A stretch of DNA of 64,000 nt from Epithemia pelagica (taxonomy: Eukaryota > Protista > Bacillariophyta), in the NCBI GenBank assembly GCA_946965045.2, contig OX337232.1, positions 124,001 through 188,000 on the forward strand. Reading direction: 5' to 3'. The position numbers and the translations under genes are program-made. The notes under the pieces were generated by a model. That model ran no database searches. It had not been told where the DNA came from and saw only the letters and a program-made list of their open reading frames with translations. Below, piece after piece: positions 1-11,941 of the stretch. Each line of letters starts with the position of its first letter. The first letter of the stretch is position 1.

Positions 1-189
1 AGTCCATTTGGATGACGACTGACACACCAATCGTCGTCCTTACAACAGGAAGGATCCATTCATGTGGCCACAAGTGTGTTACTTGAGTGGTCACAAGACA
101 GATCAAATTCACACCAGAATCTCTTGTCGTGGTGGGACAAAGTCGATCCTCGAACTACAGCTTGCTGTGCGGCCAGTTATTGATCCATA

Positions 190-500
190 AGGGCGCTTCC
201 CCAAGACCAAGCTTGCGCGCGCAATTGCAGGCTGGACACTCTCAATCTCTTTGTGTCCGTGTCGCCGTTCCGATCCAATGTCCACAAGACACGCCTTGTT
301 GTGGCGTTCCGACAACAAGGATGGATCATGAAACAAAGCCACGCACATTCTGGATGAGAAGCATTTCGCCGATTGGGAGGAAAACGGTGAGACGGATTGT
401 TGGTTGGAGTATGCCTAGTTTCAATCCACACGACAATGACGAAAACGACAAGAGAAACTCAATGCCAGACCAAAAAGTGACTGGGCTATGAACGTCCTTT
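190..500 (+). pseudogene. Degenerate BTB/POZ-like remnant
   Basis: Fragments RFPKTKLAR (~195-225) and DEKHFADWEENGE (~350-390) echo KFPDTKLAK/RFPESKLAT and DLLHFRYMVDFMRNGE of the two downstream BTB-like genes, but stops and frame changes interrupt them. Confidence 0.3.
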
Positions 501-887
501 TGGAGCAACGACAGTCTTGGCAACCCAGTGCCGCAACGCTACCAACAAACGAACAAGACCAACGTTTGTGTTTGGGAATGGCGCTCCAGAACTTTATTCA
601 TACCGAGGCGGCACGGGACTCACCTTTTTCATTCTGATGGAGCTTGTTTGGAATGAAGAACAAGCAGCTTGATTGGAAGAAACCAAGCAGAACGGCCAGT
701 GGCAAGATCACTGTGGAGAAACACTACCAATAACTCAAGGAGAAGATCTTGTTCTGCACATAGCTATGAGACGGCAGCAAAGGTTTTGAGGGGAAGCACT
801 CACTGCAGAAAAACATTAACACACATCAAACCAGCACATGCTGTGTAATTTGTCCGTATCGACAAAGATAAAGAAGAAATCACAAGA

Positions 888-1774
888 ATGATTCCAACGG
901 TCGTTGTGAAAACCGCAGTGCGGTGCAAGAACATGCTTTGTTCGGGGACGACGACGAGCCGCTTTGGAAGCGTTTCATGTCGAAACCTGCGTGGCATTTC
1001 GTTTCTGGTCGAAGGACTTTCCGTGGATGTGCCACAAACACTCCTGGACAAGTTTCCCGATACCAAGCTAGCGAAACTTGCCAGGGACAACTCAGGAAAA
1101 GACAGTGAGCCTATTGCGATTGAAGTTGATTTGAACCATTTTCGTTTCCTTATAGATTATATGCGTCATGACAAAGTCGTTGTGCCGTACAAGAGCAGTC
1201 TCACGAAGGAGTCCTTGTTGAAGACTTTTCAAAGTTTTGAGTTCGATGATGGAGACAGTGTCTTGTCGTCAGGTGGCGGAATCCAGATGGAAAATATGCC
1301 AGATCTGTCGGAAGAGGTCAAAGAATCCAAAATGTCAACCACACAAACGCGATCCATTGGATGAATACTCTTGAAAAAGAGCAAATTGCGCGTATGTTGG
1401 CCGTGGTGCAAGAAAAACATGAACAAAGACTAGAAGGACATAATCTTGACTACAAGGAAAGGTGCCTTGATGTGGCGCTTTTCCTTTTTCAAGAATACAG
1501 GAAAGCGGGCAGCTTGTCAATTAAGGTGTACGCCAAAGAAAGAGTGAAACGTTTTGAAGACATGAGCCGCAATACTGAAGTAACCGTTTCAGCAATGCAT
1601 ACTAAAGTTGAAACAATCATGACTATGACGGAACATCAGCTCGTTCCTAATACCCTCAAGACGTTCCACCAAGAGTCATTGGCTTTGTTTAGTTTGCAAT
1701 ACGCTGGTTTTTCTAAAACACACGATGGCATTGAAGTTCAGCTGGTCCCCCTTCTTTCGGAAACAGACCCGTAA
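888..1774 (+). pseudogene. BTB/POZ-like protein, split over two frames (888..1364 and 1361..1774)
   Basis: The N-half (ISFLVEGLSVDVPQTLLDKFPDTKLAKL...HFRFLIDYMR) matches KCTD/T1-type BTB motifs and the paralog at 2080. The C-half in another frame (open from ~1250: AIHWMNTLEKEQ...YKERCLDVALFLF...HQESLALFSLQY) matches the paralog's C-half. This implies a frameshift near 1250-1340, or an unrecognised intron. Confidence 0.55.
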
Positions 1775-2079
1775 AAGCATCCTAAAGCAAAAATAAGATC
1801 GATGGAGTTCGGAAAAGTAAGTAGTTTGCTCTCCTATAGTCGCACTGTCAAGTGCCGGTAGCCAACGATGATAGGAATGATGCTGGCTTGGAATCCTCTT
1901 TTGCTGGACAACATTCGACCGACTCAACGGACAAAAACATATCTGACGAGTACGTTCCATACACATAACAACGACCACATCTACAGGTTTTGAGGTGAAG
2001 CAAGAAACGGGGGCGGAACTATACCAGCGACAGACAGGGTCATTTTCGCGTTTTTGACGTTCCCGAACACACACGCATC

Positions 2080-2970
2080 ATGCTTTCGAATGGAGGTCTA
2101 CGGAACACCATGATTAGAAACCAACATCGGGGTCCATTCAATAGGATGCTTCCTACTCGGGTTGCGTCTGCAGCAGTCAATCGTGGCGTCTCGTTTCTGG
2201 TCGAAGGACTCTCGGTGGATGTGCCACAAGACCTTCTGAGACGCTTTCCAGAAAGCAAGTTAGCGACGCTTGCTTCGGAGCGCAAGAAGGGCTTCAGTCA
2301 CACCAATGATGACGAGCCGATTGAAATTGGCATTGATTTGCTCCATTTTCGCTACATGGTTGATTTTATGCGTAACGGAGAAGTAACTCTTGGACCTCGG
2401 GACATTGTGGACAAGCAATCTTTGATGAAAACGCTTGATACTTTTGGATTTCAGAATGCATATGACACGAGGGTGATGAACTACGCGTCCTTGAGCACCA
2501 CAGCTATGTATGCCACAAAACACCTCTGTATCTTGAATGCCGAACATCAATCACGCAGTGCAGCCGTCCAGGACGAATATGGTACCACTGCAACAGCACA
2601 AGAAAAAGTCAAACAGATGTATAAGACACATTGCTTAACTGCAGCGCGGTTTTTGTTTTTCCAGTATTGGAAGACCAACAACATTGTTATAAAAGTACCC
2701 ATGCCTGCTGAAGACGAGTTTTGCCCTGATCCCCTGTGGGACTCACTTGAAGTAATCAGGATCTGTTTTTATTCCAATGGCGACGAAAGTTACCGTGATT
2801 TGCACACCGAACTCATGTTCGAAAGTTGCAAGAAAGATAGTGAGCTTGAAATGTACCATCAAGAATGCCTAAGGTTGTATGGTTTGGAATATATGACAAT
2901 ACAGGGCTCCGCTACTTTTGAAGGGCAAATCACGGTACTGTTGAAACGGCTTTCGAATTTAACGCACTAG
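2080..2970 (+). CDS. BTB/POZ (KCTD/T1-like) domain protein
   Basis: VSFLVEGLSVDVPQDLLRRFPESKLATL...IGIDLLHFRYMVDFMRNGEV is a BTB-like pattern. Continuous 296-aa ORF; tandem paralog of 888..1774. Confidence 0.7.
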   Translation: MLSNGGLRNTMIRNQHRGPFNRMLPTRVASAAVNRGVSFLVEGLSVDVPQDLLRRFPESKLATLASERKKGFSHTNDDEPIEIGIDLLHFRYMVDFMRNGEVTLGPRDIVDKQSLMKTLDTFGFQNAYDTRVMNYASLSTTAMYATKHLCILNAEHQSRSAAVQDEYGTTATAQEKVKQMYKTHCLTAARFLFFQYWKTNNIVIKVPMPAEDEFCPDPLWDSLEVIRICFYSNGDESYRDLHTELMFESCKKDSELEMYHQECLRLYGLEYMTIQGSATFEGQITVLLKRLSNLTH

Positions 2971-3818
2971 CACTCTTGGCCGAGCAGCTTCGTATCCCCT
3001 CTCCGTATATCATGGTGGAATTGCAACAAGTTTGATAATTGACTTAATACGCACTTGGCCTATTTATTAAGGCAATCCAACTTTGAAAGAGCATTGTGCG
3101 TAGGTTACACACTTTTTCGTTTTGCGTTATTCCATTTGTGGCTGGAGGATCCTGAATTGCGTCGCATTGGTTCATGTGGTCGTAGTCGTGTCTTTTTGTG
3201 TATCATCATCAAGTCATTGCAGCCTACCCGTATCTGTGGCACAGTGGGCAAAGCTCTCCCCCAAAAATAGACGTTTTTAGTCTTCCCCATCTTGAGATTT
3301 GACTGTTTCAAGTTCTTTTCTTTCCTTGCATATAACTTCATGGTAGTGTTTATAAAAGTTCTTGTGCATTTTGCAACCCGTTATGCCAACGACAAAGGAC
3401 TCAATGTTGAAATTTGAATTTGTCTTGGGGTGGTGGTGGTCGATTTGTCCATGAGAATGACACGTCCACCACTCCCAGTCCTGTTGTTGTTGGTGGTGGT
3501 GTTGTGGTGGGCGTACACGGGTTTGTGACACATCATGGAACAATACGTGGTCGACGCACACGGCAAGAGGACTCTCGCTGCTTCCAAACGTTGACAGTGG
3601 TGTGTCCATCCGCGATGAACCACACATCCTTGGGGACCCTTATCCGCCGTGTATTGAAGCAATCTCGTGTCGTTTGTGGGTGTGCGTTTCCATATTCTCG
3701 TCGTCGTCGTCGTAGACGGTGCCGGCGGCGGTGGCTTGTTCGTATGTACTGTAGGTTTGATTCCAACTCTTTACCCATTCCTGTGATGGGCCATTTCCTT
3801 TTCTAGTGTCTTGCGCTA

Positions 3819-4805
3819 TTATACTACAGTGTCCTTGTCGTTTGTTTCGTTGCGATACATGGCTTGTTCCAATTGTTGCATCTCGTACAACATTTCATAG
3901 ACGCGATGCAAGGGGACTCCATCCGTGGTCGTTCCATTCGCACCCTTTTCTGGTATCACCAATGGCGCCTTGTCCGTGTCATTCGGACGTGGAATCGGCG
4001 TCATGCCTTCGCAACCGGTGCCTTCCAAGGGATCCCACAATGGCAATGTCGAGTCGGTATCTAAATCACCCCGTCGACATTCGGCATTCCACGATTCGAT
4101 CGATTCCAACAAATTGGGATAAAAGGGATAGATACTGCATTGCAAGGGTCGAGCCGGATAAATTTGACAATGCTTGGTGTCCTCGTCATAAAAGATGCAA
4201 CACGTCAAGTTAGAAATTGGTTCGTCGTCGTTCTTGTTGTCCTTCTTGTCGTGGCGTTCCCGCACAAAGGGTTTCGTCATTGGTTTCTTCTGTAACCGAA
4301 TCCATTGATCCCCGGAAATTGGTTTGCGCAAGGTATGCGAAGCGTATTGGCGGACAAAGGCGACGTCGTCGCCGTCCGTCAACCAGTCGGCCGCCTGTTG
4401 AATTTCGGGTTGCGACAAGTACACAGCACCCCGATCGGTACTGCGAAAACAACAGCGACCACATTCCGTACACGAAAACGGCAATTCGGGTTTCGGCAAG
4501 TCGGTCAAGAGCCACGAGGGAGCTTCCTGTAAGGCAAACTCTCGAACCGCCGGAGATGTAATTTCCTTCAATTCCTCCCATGTGGCATTGGAAATTTGGT
4601 CATCAGTCGGTCGGGTAAAAGAAGGCGAGGCATCTTTCTCTGGAGGACTAGACGAGAATAGCAACGTCGTACGACGATGCAGTCTTCTTGGCGCTCGATC
4701 CACTTTCACCACAAAGGCCATGGTCATTGTCGTTGTTGTTGTTCCTTTGATGGTTGTTTGGAACGCCGCACACACCAACGCCAGACTTAATAATGAGAGA
4801 ACCAT
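3819..4805 (-). CDS. YkgJ-family (CxxCxxCC) putative Zn/Fe-chelating protein with signal/transit-like leader
   Basis: FSCTECGRCC, CCIFYDEDTKHCQIYPARPLQCSIYPF. Probable start is the ATG at 4805 (MVLSLLSLALVCAAF...). Confidence 0.85.
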   Translation of the reverse strand: MVLSLLSLALVCAAFQTTIKGTTTTTMTMAFVVKVDRAPRRLHRRTTLLFSSSPPEKDASPSFTRPTDDQISNATWEELKEITSPAVREFALQEAPSWLLTDLPKPELPFSCTECGRCCFRSTDRGAVYLSQPEIQQAADWLTDGDDVAFVRQYASHTLRKPISGDQWIRLQKKPMTKPFVRERHDKKDNKNDDEPISNLTCCIFYDEDTKHCQIYPARPLQCSIYPFYPNLLESIESWNAECRRGDLDTDSTLPLWDPLEGTGCEGMTPIPRPNDTDKAPLVIPEKGANGTTTDGVPLHRVYEMLYEMQQLEQAMYRNETNDKDTVV

Positions 4806-5199
4806 GGTGGAGACAAACGAAAACGAAGAAGAAGAAAAAGAAGAAGAAGAGTGGGAAACGACGGGTGGCAGCAGCATGGTGACATCGAACCAACTGTGTC
4901 AATGGGATCTTTGGATGGGGAATGGGGAGAATGGACGGTTCTCGTCGGTGATGATGGCCGAGCGACAGACGGACGGTCCCAAATGCGACCACATTAACAA
5001 GAGCGACCTCAATCGTTTGGTCGCCGAAACTGCGTCAGAGCCAAACGCGCGACCGCCAATGGCCGAGGACGACGATGACAAAGCCCAAACGTCGGTCGTC
5101 GTCGTCGGTGTTCCAATACTAGCATCTTCTTCTTCTTCTTCTTCTCGGGCTTCTGGTTGTTGTTGTTGTGTCTGTCGATATACACCACAGCATCATACA

Positions 5200-5782
5200 A
5201 TGACTCTCCTCCTGGTACGATCAATGCGCTTGGCCAAAGCCATGGCCGCAACCACCACCATTCCAGTCCGAGCCACTTCTCGCACGAGACTTCATTCCTT
5301 TTGGTCGTCGTCGTCGTCGTCATCATCATGGTCTTCCGTCTTGTTGCCCTTGCAGACCAAGGAATTGACCATTCAACGCGTTGTACCAAATACATCGGCC
5401 TCGCAGTTGCTGACCATTGTCCAAGACGTGGACCGCTATTCCGACTTTGTTCCCTTTTGTACCCATTCGCAAATTGTATCACATCCCCCGCCCACGACCA
5501 CCAACGACCATTCGTCGTCCAGTCATGTCTTTTACGCCGACTTGACAATTGGCTTTGCACCACCCTTTGGCGTGCAAACCTATACTTCGCGCGTTCAAGT
5601 CTGGCCCCACTTGCATCGGATTGAAACGACGCGGGTTCCAACCAACGCCACCCATCAATCGCCGTCGTCGTGGATGGAATCCTTGTCCAGCACTTGGCAA
5701 TTGACGCCCGTCGTGGAACCAGCACGACAACCAAAACAGTCACAACCATCACAACCATTTCAACAACCACTTCCATCACAAC

Positions 5783-5815
<33 letters not shown>

Positions 5816-6042
5816 TATCATCATCACTTCAATCACACTCACCACCACCACACTTACAATCACCACCACAAGAATCGTGTCAAGTACACTTTTCCATGAC
5901 CTTGCAAACCCGCGATCCCGTCCTCTATCATGCCTTGGATCATGTATTGCCCCAAGTAGCCGAAGCCCAAGTCCAAGCCTTTGTGCAACGCTGTCACCAA
6001 CAACCACAACGACAAGAACAACAAGAACAACAACGACCATGA
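5200..6042 (+). CDS. COQ10: Coenzyme Q-binding protein COQ10-like (START/polyketide-cyclase fold)
   Basis: SQLLTIVQDVDRYSDFVPFCTHS, ADLTIGFAPPFGVQTYTSRV, LSSTWQL, VHFSMTL...AFVQRC. Arg/Ser-rich mitochondrial-type leader from the ATG at 5200 (inside ORF 4582..6042). Confidence 0.8.
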
Positions 6043-7049
6043 CGACACTGACCCCCTCGTCAGGAACCACCACCACCCGGACCCGAACCAATCCATCCCA
6101 CGGACAAGAACAAGAACAAGAACAACACTCGTGAGACGTTACACCACCACGACGTGTCGTGTCGTCCAATGGGGGAAAAAGGAAGAAGGAAGAATGACCA
6201 AGAGGCAATCCTGTGTTTCTTTTTGGTCCCCTCCCTTTCTCTCTCTTTTGAGGGATTGTGTGTTTCTAGAGTTTCGAGACGGAATCCCAAAGGACTGCAC
6301 CACGGCAGTGAAAGAAAGAGTAACGATGAGACTCTAGAGAGAGAGAGAAAGAGAGAGAATGAATGAATGAGAGACGGCGCGCATTGGGAGGAACTACGAC
6401 GCCCTTGTAGTACGTGAAACCCGAACGAGAGGTATGCGATCTGTAGTAGGTGCATGGTACACAAACACCCAAAAATGCCAGTGGGATCTCTGGGTAATGG
6501 GGCTTTGTCAACAAGGGTTCCAGAAGGAGAGAGAGAGAGAGACTCCCTTTTGATAGGGGCACCAAGTGGATTCCAAAAGACACAAAGAACCACGGAGCGC
6601 GAATGGTCCTTTGCGTGGTGGTCGTCCCCTCCGCTGGGCGAGTCACACGGTGTGGTCCTAAACACTCGGAATGTATGTTTCGTGGGTCTCGAACAATTTA
6701 GTAAAATGTCGTAACCTGGAGTTTCTATCGAGACAAAATACTTATCTATACCATCTTATTGTAGTATTTTCCTTACATTGGGCAACCAACCCCAAACCTG
6801 TACCAACACTGAAACAAAACCTGTACTACCACCACGAGTCCCAAAGAAGAAGAAGAGAGTTGTATATAGATGCGTGTGGCTCCGTCCAACGGCAACCCAT
6901 GGCTTTCAACTCTCACGTGCTCTCTTGAGATGTGCGTGTGTCATGATTTAGAGTAATTCTTGGAGAAGCAGACCCTGTAGTAGACTGGACACAGTCTCGT
7001 TGGGTGCCGTGTTCCAACAAAACGTCTTTTTCTCTTGTCCTCCTCTTAA

Positions 7050-8423
7050 TCAACACAAGCTAGATGTTGTTCTTGTTGTTGGTGTGGCAGGGTTCCATTG
7101 GACTTGTGGTGGTTGTCCTTTCTTGTTGGTTTCTTTCTGTTCGTCATGATTGAGAATGGGCAAAAAGAGTGGAGACGTGGAGGAAGATGAGAATACGGCT
7201 GCCGGATCCAGAGACGACGAGGATGTGGACGATGCCAAACTGGGATGGTATCCCGCATGATATCCGCGTGCCAGCGTACTCGTCATGCTACTCGATCGAC
7301 TAATCAAGGTCGGCAAGGTATTGGTGGAACCGTGTCGCTTGTGATAGCCTCCGCGCCGCGTGAGGCGGGGTGCCAACCGTGCGGTACCGGCACTGCTGTC
7401 CATGCTCCCACATCGAAACAGGACCGGTTGTGTCGTGGGTGAGGTAGGACTATTAGTGCTTGCCACAGTGGACAAACTGGAATTCGACTCTTGCCAATCA
7501 TTGTCGTCGTCGTGTTGCAAAAACAAGCGTTTGGGGCGTGGGCGGGGAGCCAAGACTTGTTCTGGATCCACCAAAACACGATGAGAAGCCAAGGGAGACG
7601 ATACAAGGCGATCCAAATCGGGAAATTCAATCGACGACAAGACGTCCACGGAATGGTACCGGCGATGAGCAGGATACTGATGATGCGGTGGCGTTTCCAA
7701 GAGCTCTTGTTGTTGTTGTTCCTCCTCTTCGTCCATGCCCAGATTGGAGGGCATGGAGAGAAGTGGATGAAGCTTGCGCAGAATGCCATTGTTGTTGGCA
7801 TAGTTATCCTCCGTATCATCGAGTTCCATACGCAAGGGTCGAAAGACACTGTCGGGACTCTTGCCTCGTCCATCGAGATAATAGTAATAACTGGAAGCGG
7901 CTGGTTCTTCGTCGTCATCCTCCTCATCATTCTGGTCGGGATTGGGACTTGTCGTGGCACTCGCGGTGCGGCCAAGAGACGGGAATCGTTTCTTGGGTGC
8001 GGCGGGAGGACGTTGCAAAATCATTTCTTGCGTCAAGATTTGATTCGAGGGAGGAGACAGGGCTGGAGTACTTGTGGATGTGGTGGTAGTAGTTGTAATG
8101 GGAGACGCCAAGGACGGAGTGTGGGTTCCACTGTTGGCCTGCGTAGGAGACGTGATGGATCGTGCATTCCATCCATGTGGGTCGTGCTCGTGTGCTTCTA
8201 CAAACTGCGACGACACATAGAGTTGGTCCGTCTCTCGCAATTGTTCGTCTTGTGGTTGTTCTTGTGGTTCGGAATGATAGAGTTGGGGTCGTCGAATGGA
8301 TTCCGACAAGGCTCGTTGCAAGGGATACAAGGATGCGGGCAAGCTCGTTGTGGTTGCCGATGTTGTAGCATCCTCATCCTCCTCATCAAAGGACGAAAAG
8401 GTGGCACCAATTGGACGCTTCAT
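7050..8423 (-). CDS. Low-complexity, probably disordered hypothetical protein (457 aa)
   Basis: Long ATG-initiated ORF rich in S/T/P/E/Q with RxxS motifs; no recognisable domain. Confidence 0.5.
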   Translation of the reverse strand: MKRPIGATFSSFDEEDEDATTSATTTSLPASLYPLQRALSESIRRPQLYHSEPQEQPQDEQLRETDQLYVSSQFVEAHEHDPHGWNARSITSPTQANSGTHTPSLASPITTTTTTSTSTPALSPPSNQILTQEMILQRPPAAPKKRFPSLGRTASATTSPNPDQNDEEDDDEEPAASSYYYYLDGRGKSPDSVFRPLRMELDDTEDNYANNNGILRKLHPLLSMPSNLGMDEEEEQQQQELLETPPHHQYPAHRRYHSVDVLSSIEFPDLDRLVSSPLASHRVLVDPEQVLAPRPRPKRLFLQHDDDNDWQESNSSLSTVASTNSPTSPTTQPVLFRCGSMDSSAGTARLAPRLTRRGGYHKRHGSTNTLPTLISRSSSMTSTLARGYHAGYHPSLASSTSSSSLDPAAVFSSSSTSPLFLPILNHDEQKETNKKGQPPQVQWNPATPTTRTTSSLC

Positions 8424-10431
8424 GGTTGCTTGGTTTACTTTGCTTTGCTTTGCTTTGCTTGTGGCTTGTTGGTTGGTTTGTGTCGATCGCGAGGTTTGTG
8501 TTTCGCACGGTTCGAGTTTTTTTTTAAATATTGTGTGTGTAACGAAAGAGAAAAAAAAGAGTCGGATAATGTCGGTACGAAACCAGCCGAGTGTTTCTGG
8601 CCTCGCTTCCGCTGCGTAGAATTATTGTGGGCAATTGATCGTATGATCGAGAGCGAAAATCGAGAACGAAAAACGTCGAAAGAACGTGGGGAAAGAAGGT
8701 ACCGATCACTACTTCTGGTTGGACAGGAATGGTACTCTATGGCTTTTTCGATATGATATGCGTTGAATGAGAATGGATGTGGTTCCAACGATTGATTTTT
8801 GGGGTGCACCAAGACTCGGATGGCGATATGGGACTTGTTGGCGTCGTGTTGTGTGTTGTCTCTTGTTTCGTTGGTGCACCACGCAAGTCGCGGGGGCAAG
8901 AGGAGCACTGCCACCGACTGATCAGTGAGTAAGTGGACGAAGTACACGAATCAAACCATACGAAGGCGCAAGTCTTGCTTGCTACGTGTGTTGGTTTCTC
9001 GCTCTCTCACAAAAGAGTTTTGCGGCGGCGCAGCGTGAGCAATCTGCGTGGAGCGAGTACCGCTATGTCGTAAGACTGCACCGAAATGTGGCGAGCACCG
9101 CGAATTGGCATCCATCCACGCTCTGCAGGCGTTGCGTCGTGGTAGTACTTTGTCTCATGTCGACGCGCTCGGGAATCAATACTTAATAAAGTACGACCCT
9201 GCTGGCGTGAGTACGTAGGTATCCGAAAAATCAGCGATGAATCGGCAGGCGAGTCCTGTGTTATGTCGGTACCAAGACCAAAGAGCCGACTCAACGGTTG
9301 TCAGACGTGTAGGTAGGCGTACCGGGTGCCTGGGATACATAGCTACTCGGCATTCCATATTATTATTATTATATTCCAATAGATCCATGTTCCTCTCGTT
9401 CCTTGTCATCGTCTTTTGCGAAATCCAAACTTAGACAAATAATAGGAACTTGGTTGGACCGTTGGAGCGAGTGTACTATACCGTGTTCCTCGTCTTCCAC
9501 ATTCTGTTCGACAAGTAGACTATGGATTATTGGTATCATGTCGCGGTTCAATCCCTTTTCTTTCTTGCACGGAGAGAGTCGGATTTAAAAGTATTCGTGT
9601 CGGTCCTGTTCCGCCCCTTCTTTTATAATTGTACGTGTGGATCCTTCCAAAGGACGAAGGGGTGGAACACTGGGGCTATGAGAACACCCATCCTTCTTCT
9701 CGTTCCTTACTTCACCACCACCACCACCACCATGAGAAAATGATGATGAGAGAGACTCGAGCAAATCCTGTCAAGAGACTGAAACAATCGTGTCGGACAA
9801 CCGCACTCGTTTCAAAGCCTTGCCACTGGTCCAGGCTCGTTTCAATTGCCATTCACTGGTGAGGGGCTCGTTTCAAAGCCTTGGTGGGAGGCTCAAACCA
9901 GGCCAGAAACACATAGTCACAGAGTCTTCTCTTTTCTCGTTCTTTGGATCGATCGAATGGGAACCATGAGAAACCAAGAAGAATAGGCCGGAACGAGTGA
10001 GTCGGTAGTTGAGTGAAGGAGATTCTAGTATGCGGCAGGAGACGACGAACCAACCAACCAACCAGCCAACCACACTGAATCCAAAAAGAAGCACACACCC
10101 ACACACCCACACATACAAACGACATTCATCACCACAACCACAGCAAGTCCCCTGTGAACGAACGACACGACTGCGCATGCCCAGTCCACAAAGAACCGGG
10201 AGGGACATGCATTGCTGCTCACGAGGCGTTCTAGGTAGTGTTGCACGACATGGAAGAAGAAGAACGCCGAGGATCCAGTGCTGCTGGTTTGTCTCCCACC
10301 ATTGTGTGTTGTGTCTTTGGGGCCTCTTGATGTTTTGGTTTCCAAGTTCTCTACTATTGGACCACCTTGGGAGGATCCCAACCAAAGAGCAATCCCACAA
10401 ACCCCCTTCTGTGGTTCCATGGAATACTCGT

Positions 10432-10434
<3 letters not shown>

Positions 10435-10474
<40 letters not shown>
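10435..10474. repeat. (CT)20 microsatellite
   Basis: Perfect dinucleotide run read directly from the sequence. Confidence 0.95.
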
Positions 10475-10476
<2 letters not shown>

Positions 10477-11941
10477 GAGGAACCTCTTTCCATGCCACTG
10501 TCTCGCTTCTCCGAGACACGATCGAGATGCACACGCGTACACCATGGAGACCCACATACGTTCCAACCAGCGGCGTTTGTTCTTGCTTGGTACAACAAGA
10601 ACATCAATACAAACAGTTCCATGCCAAACACACCACAAAAGCAATGAGAAATTCAATGCCATTCAACAATCCAACACCATGACCATGACCATGACGACAA
10701 CAAGTGAGCTAGTGAGCTAGCGAGTGGACCAAATTCCCTGGTCCAGGCAGTGCATCTCTAGAGTAGAAAGTACGACGAACGCCATTGCGTGTTCTTGGGG
10801 TTCGGTGTTGCTCTTGGTTCATAGTTGCGTCGTCATCGTTGTCGCCCTCCTCCTCTTCTCATGGATTGTGACGACGCAAACGGTACTTGTATTGCTCTCT
10901 CTTATTCGTACAAGAGAATGCCATTGGGACACCCTTTCCTCCGTCCGAATGTAGTCTAGAGTACTTCCCGGGCGCTGTTGGTGGCATAGCATAGATAGGG
11001 AATTCCCCCGTGAATCATCTTCCAGGGACGGACAACTGACAGACTGCCAGTTCCGCTGTGGATCCGTTTCCGTTTCCAAGTCCGATCAGGACCAAAAATG
11101 CAAGACTGCAACGGACAAACGCTACTTATGGACACTCTCTCCAACTTGAACCCCGCGGCACGATGGACTCGCTGGCGGAGTCTCTCGACAGAGTCCGTCG
11201 CTTCACTGTGACGCAACCAGTACAATTCCCGCCGGGCTTGGGTTCCGTTGAGACAGGGGGAAGGAAATTTTCCTCCTCTAGATATTCTTGATGGCTGCGC
11301 GCCGGCTGGCACTTTGGTCGTCGCTCATCATACACAAACTCAAAGTACCGTGTAATTGTCAAGTCTTTTCTGTTTGTGGAAGACTTGGAAAAGGAGAGAG
11401 AGAGAGGCATGGACCATAGTCTCCACCTCCTCCTCCTTCATCTCCGAAGCAAGGACACCGAACGCAGAGACTGGAACCGGAAAGGATCTCGGAAACGCCG
11501 CAAACGCCGAAGCAACTCCGATTGAGTGTCCTCTCTCTCTCTTTTGTAGCAAGCAAGACCAGAGGACCGTGTCTGTTTGGGTGTGGCATTCCAACGAGTC
11601 GAGTTGTGTTGTGGTTTCTTCTTCCTTGGAGGTGCTCCTCCTCCCATCCATACTGGAAGAGAGTGTCGTGTGAGTTGGTTCTGGAAAAAAACTCAACTCC
11701 CACAAACGGCACCCGTACCTCGAACGTCTTTGGTCTTGTTTCTTGGTTCTGGCTTTTTCTCCAAAACACAAGAAACAGTGATCCATCGCAAGACGAACAA
11801 CACACAAGAGACCCAACTGCTCTCCTTGTGTGTTGTGTTGTGTCGTCGTCGTGCGAGTTGGGAGTTTGAATTGTTGTCCTTGTCGTCTGGGTGGCCTCTC
11901 TCGCGAACAACTGGAGATTGATTGATTGATCGTACTCTACC

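Noticed and set aside
3414-3806. GRRTRQEDS resembles the PP2C phosphatase G-R-x-x-M/Q-E-D motif
   Set aside because: No following (F/Y)DGHGG or other PP2C motif in any frame; the ORF is low-complexity and probably UTR.
4582-5199. N-terminal extension of the 486-aa ORF
   Set aside because: It overlaps the antisense YkgJ gene and the microsatellite-rich promoter; COQ10 similarity and a plausible leader begin at ATG 5200.
7491-8756. 421-aa plus-strand ORF and other long antisense ORFs (5009..6208, 13293..14318, 29820..30755, 33042..33869, 37295..38479, 55704..56522)
   Set aside because: Shadow frames of real genes, produced by triplet-repeat-rich or skewed sequence; no domain signal.
8430-11900. 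Many overlapping 60-250-aa ORFs, including a possible small spliced minus-strand gene near 11126-11470
   Set aside because: Dominated by CT/GA, AAC and GT repeats; no recognisable domain and only a weak donor site.
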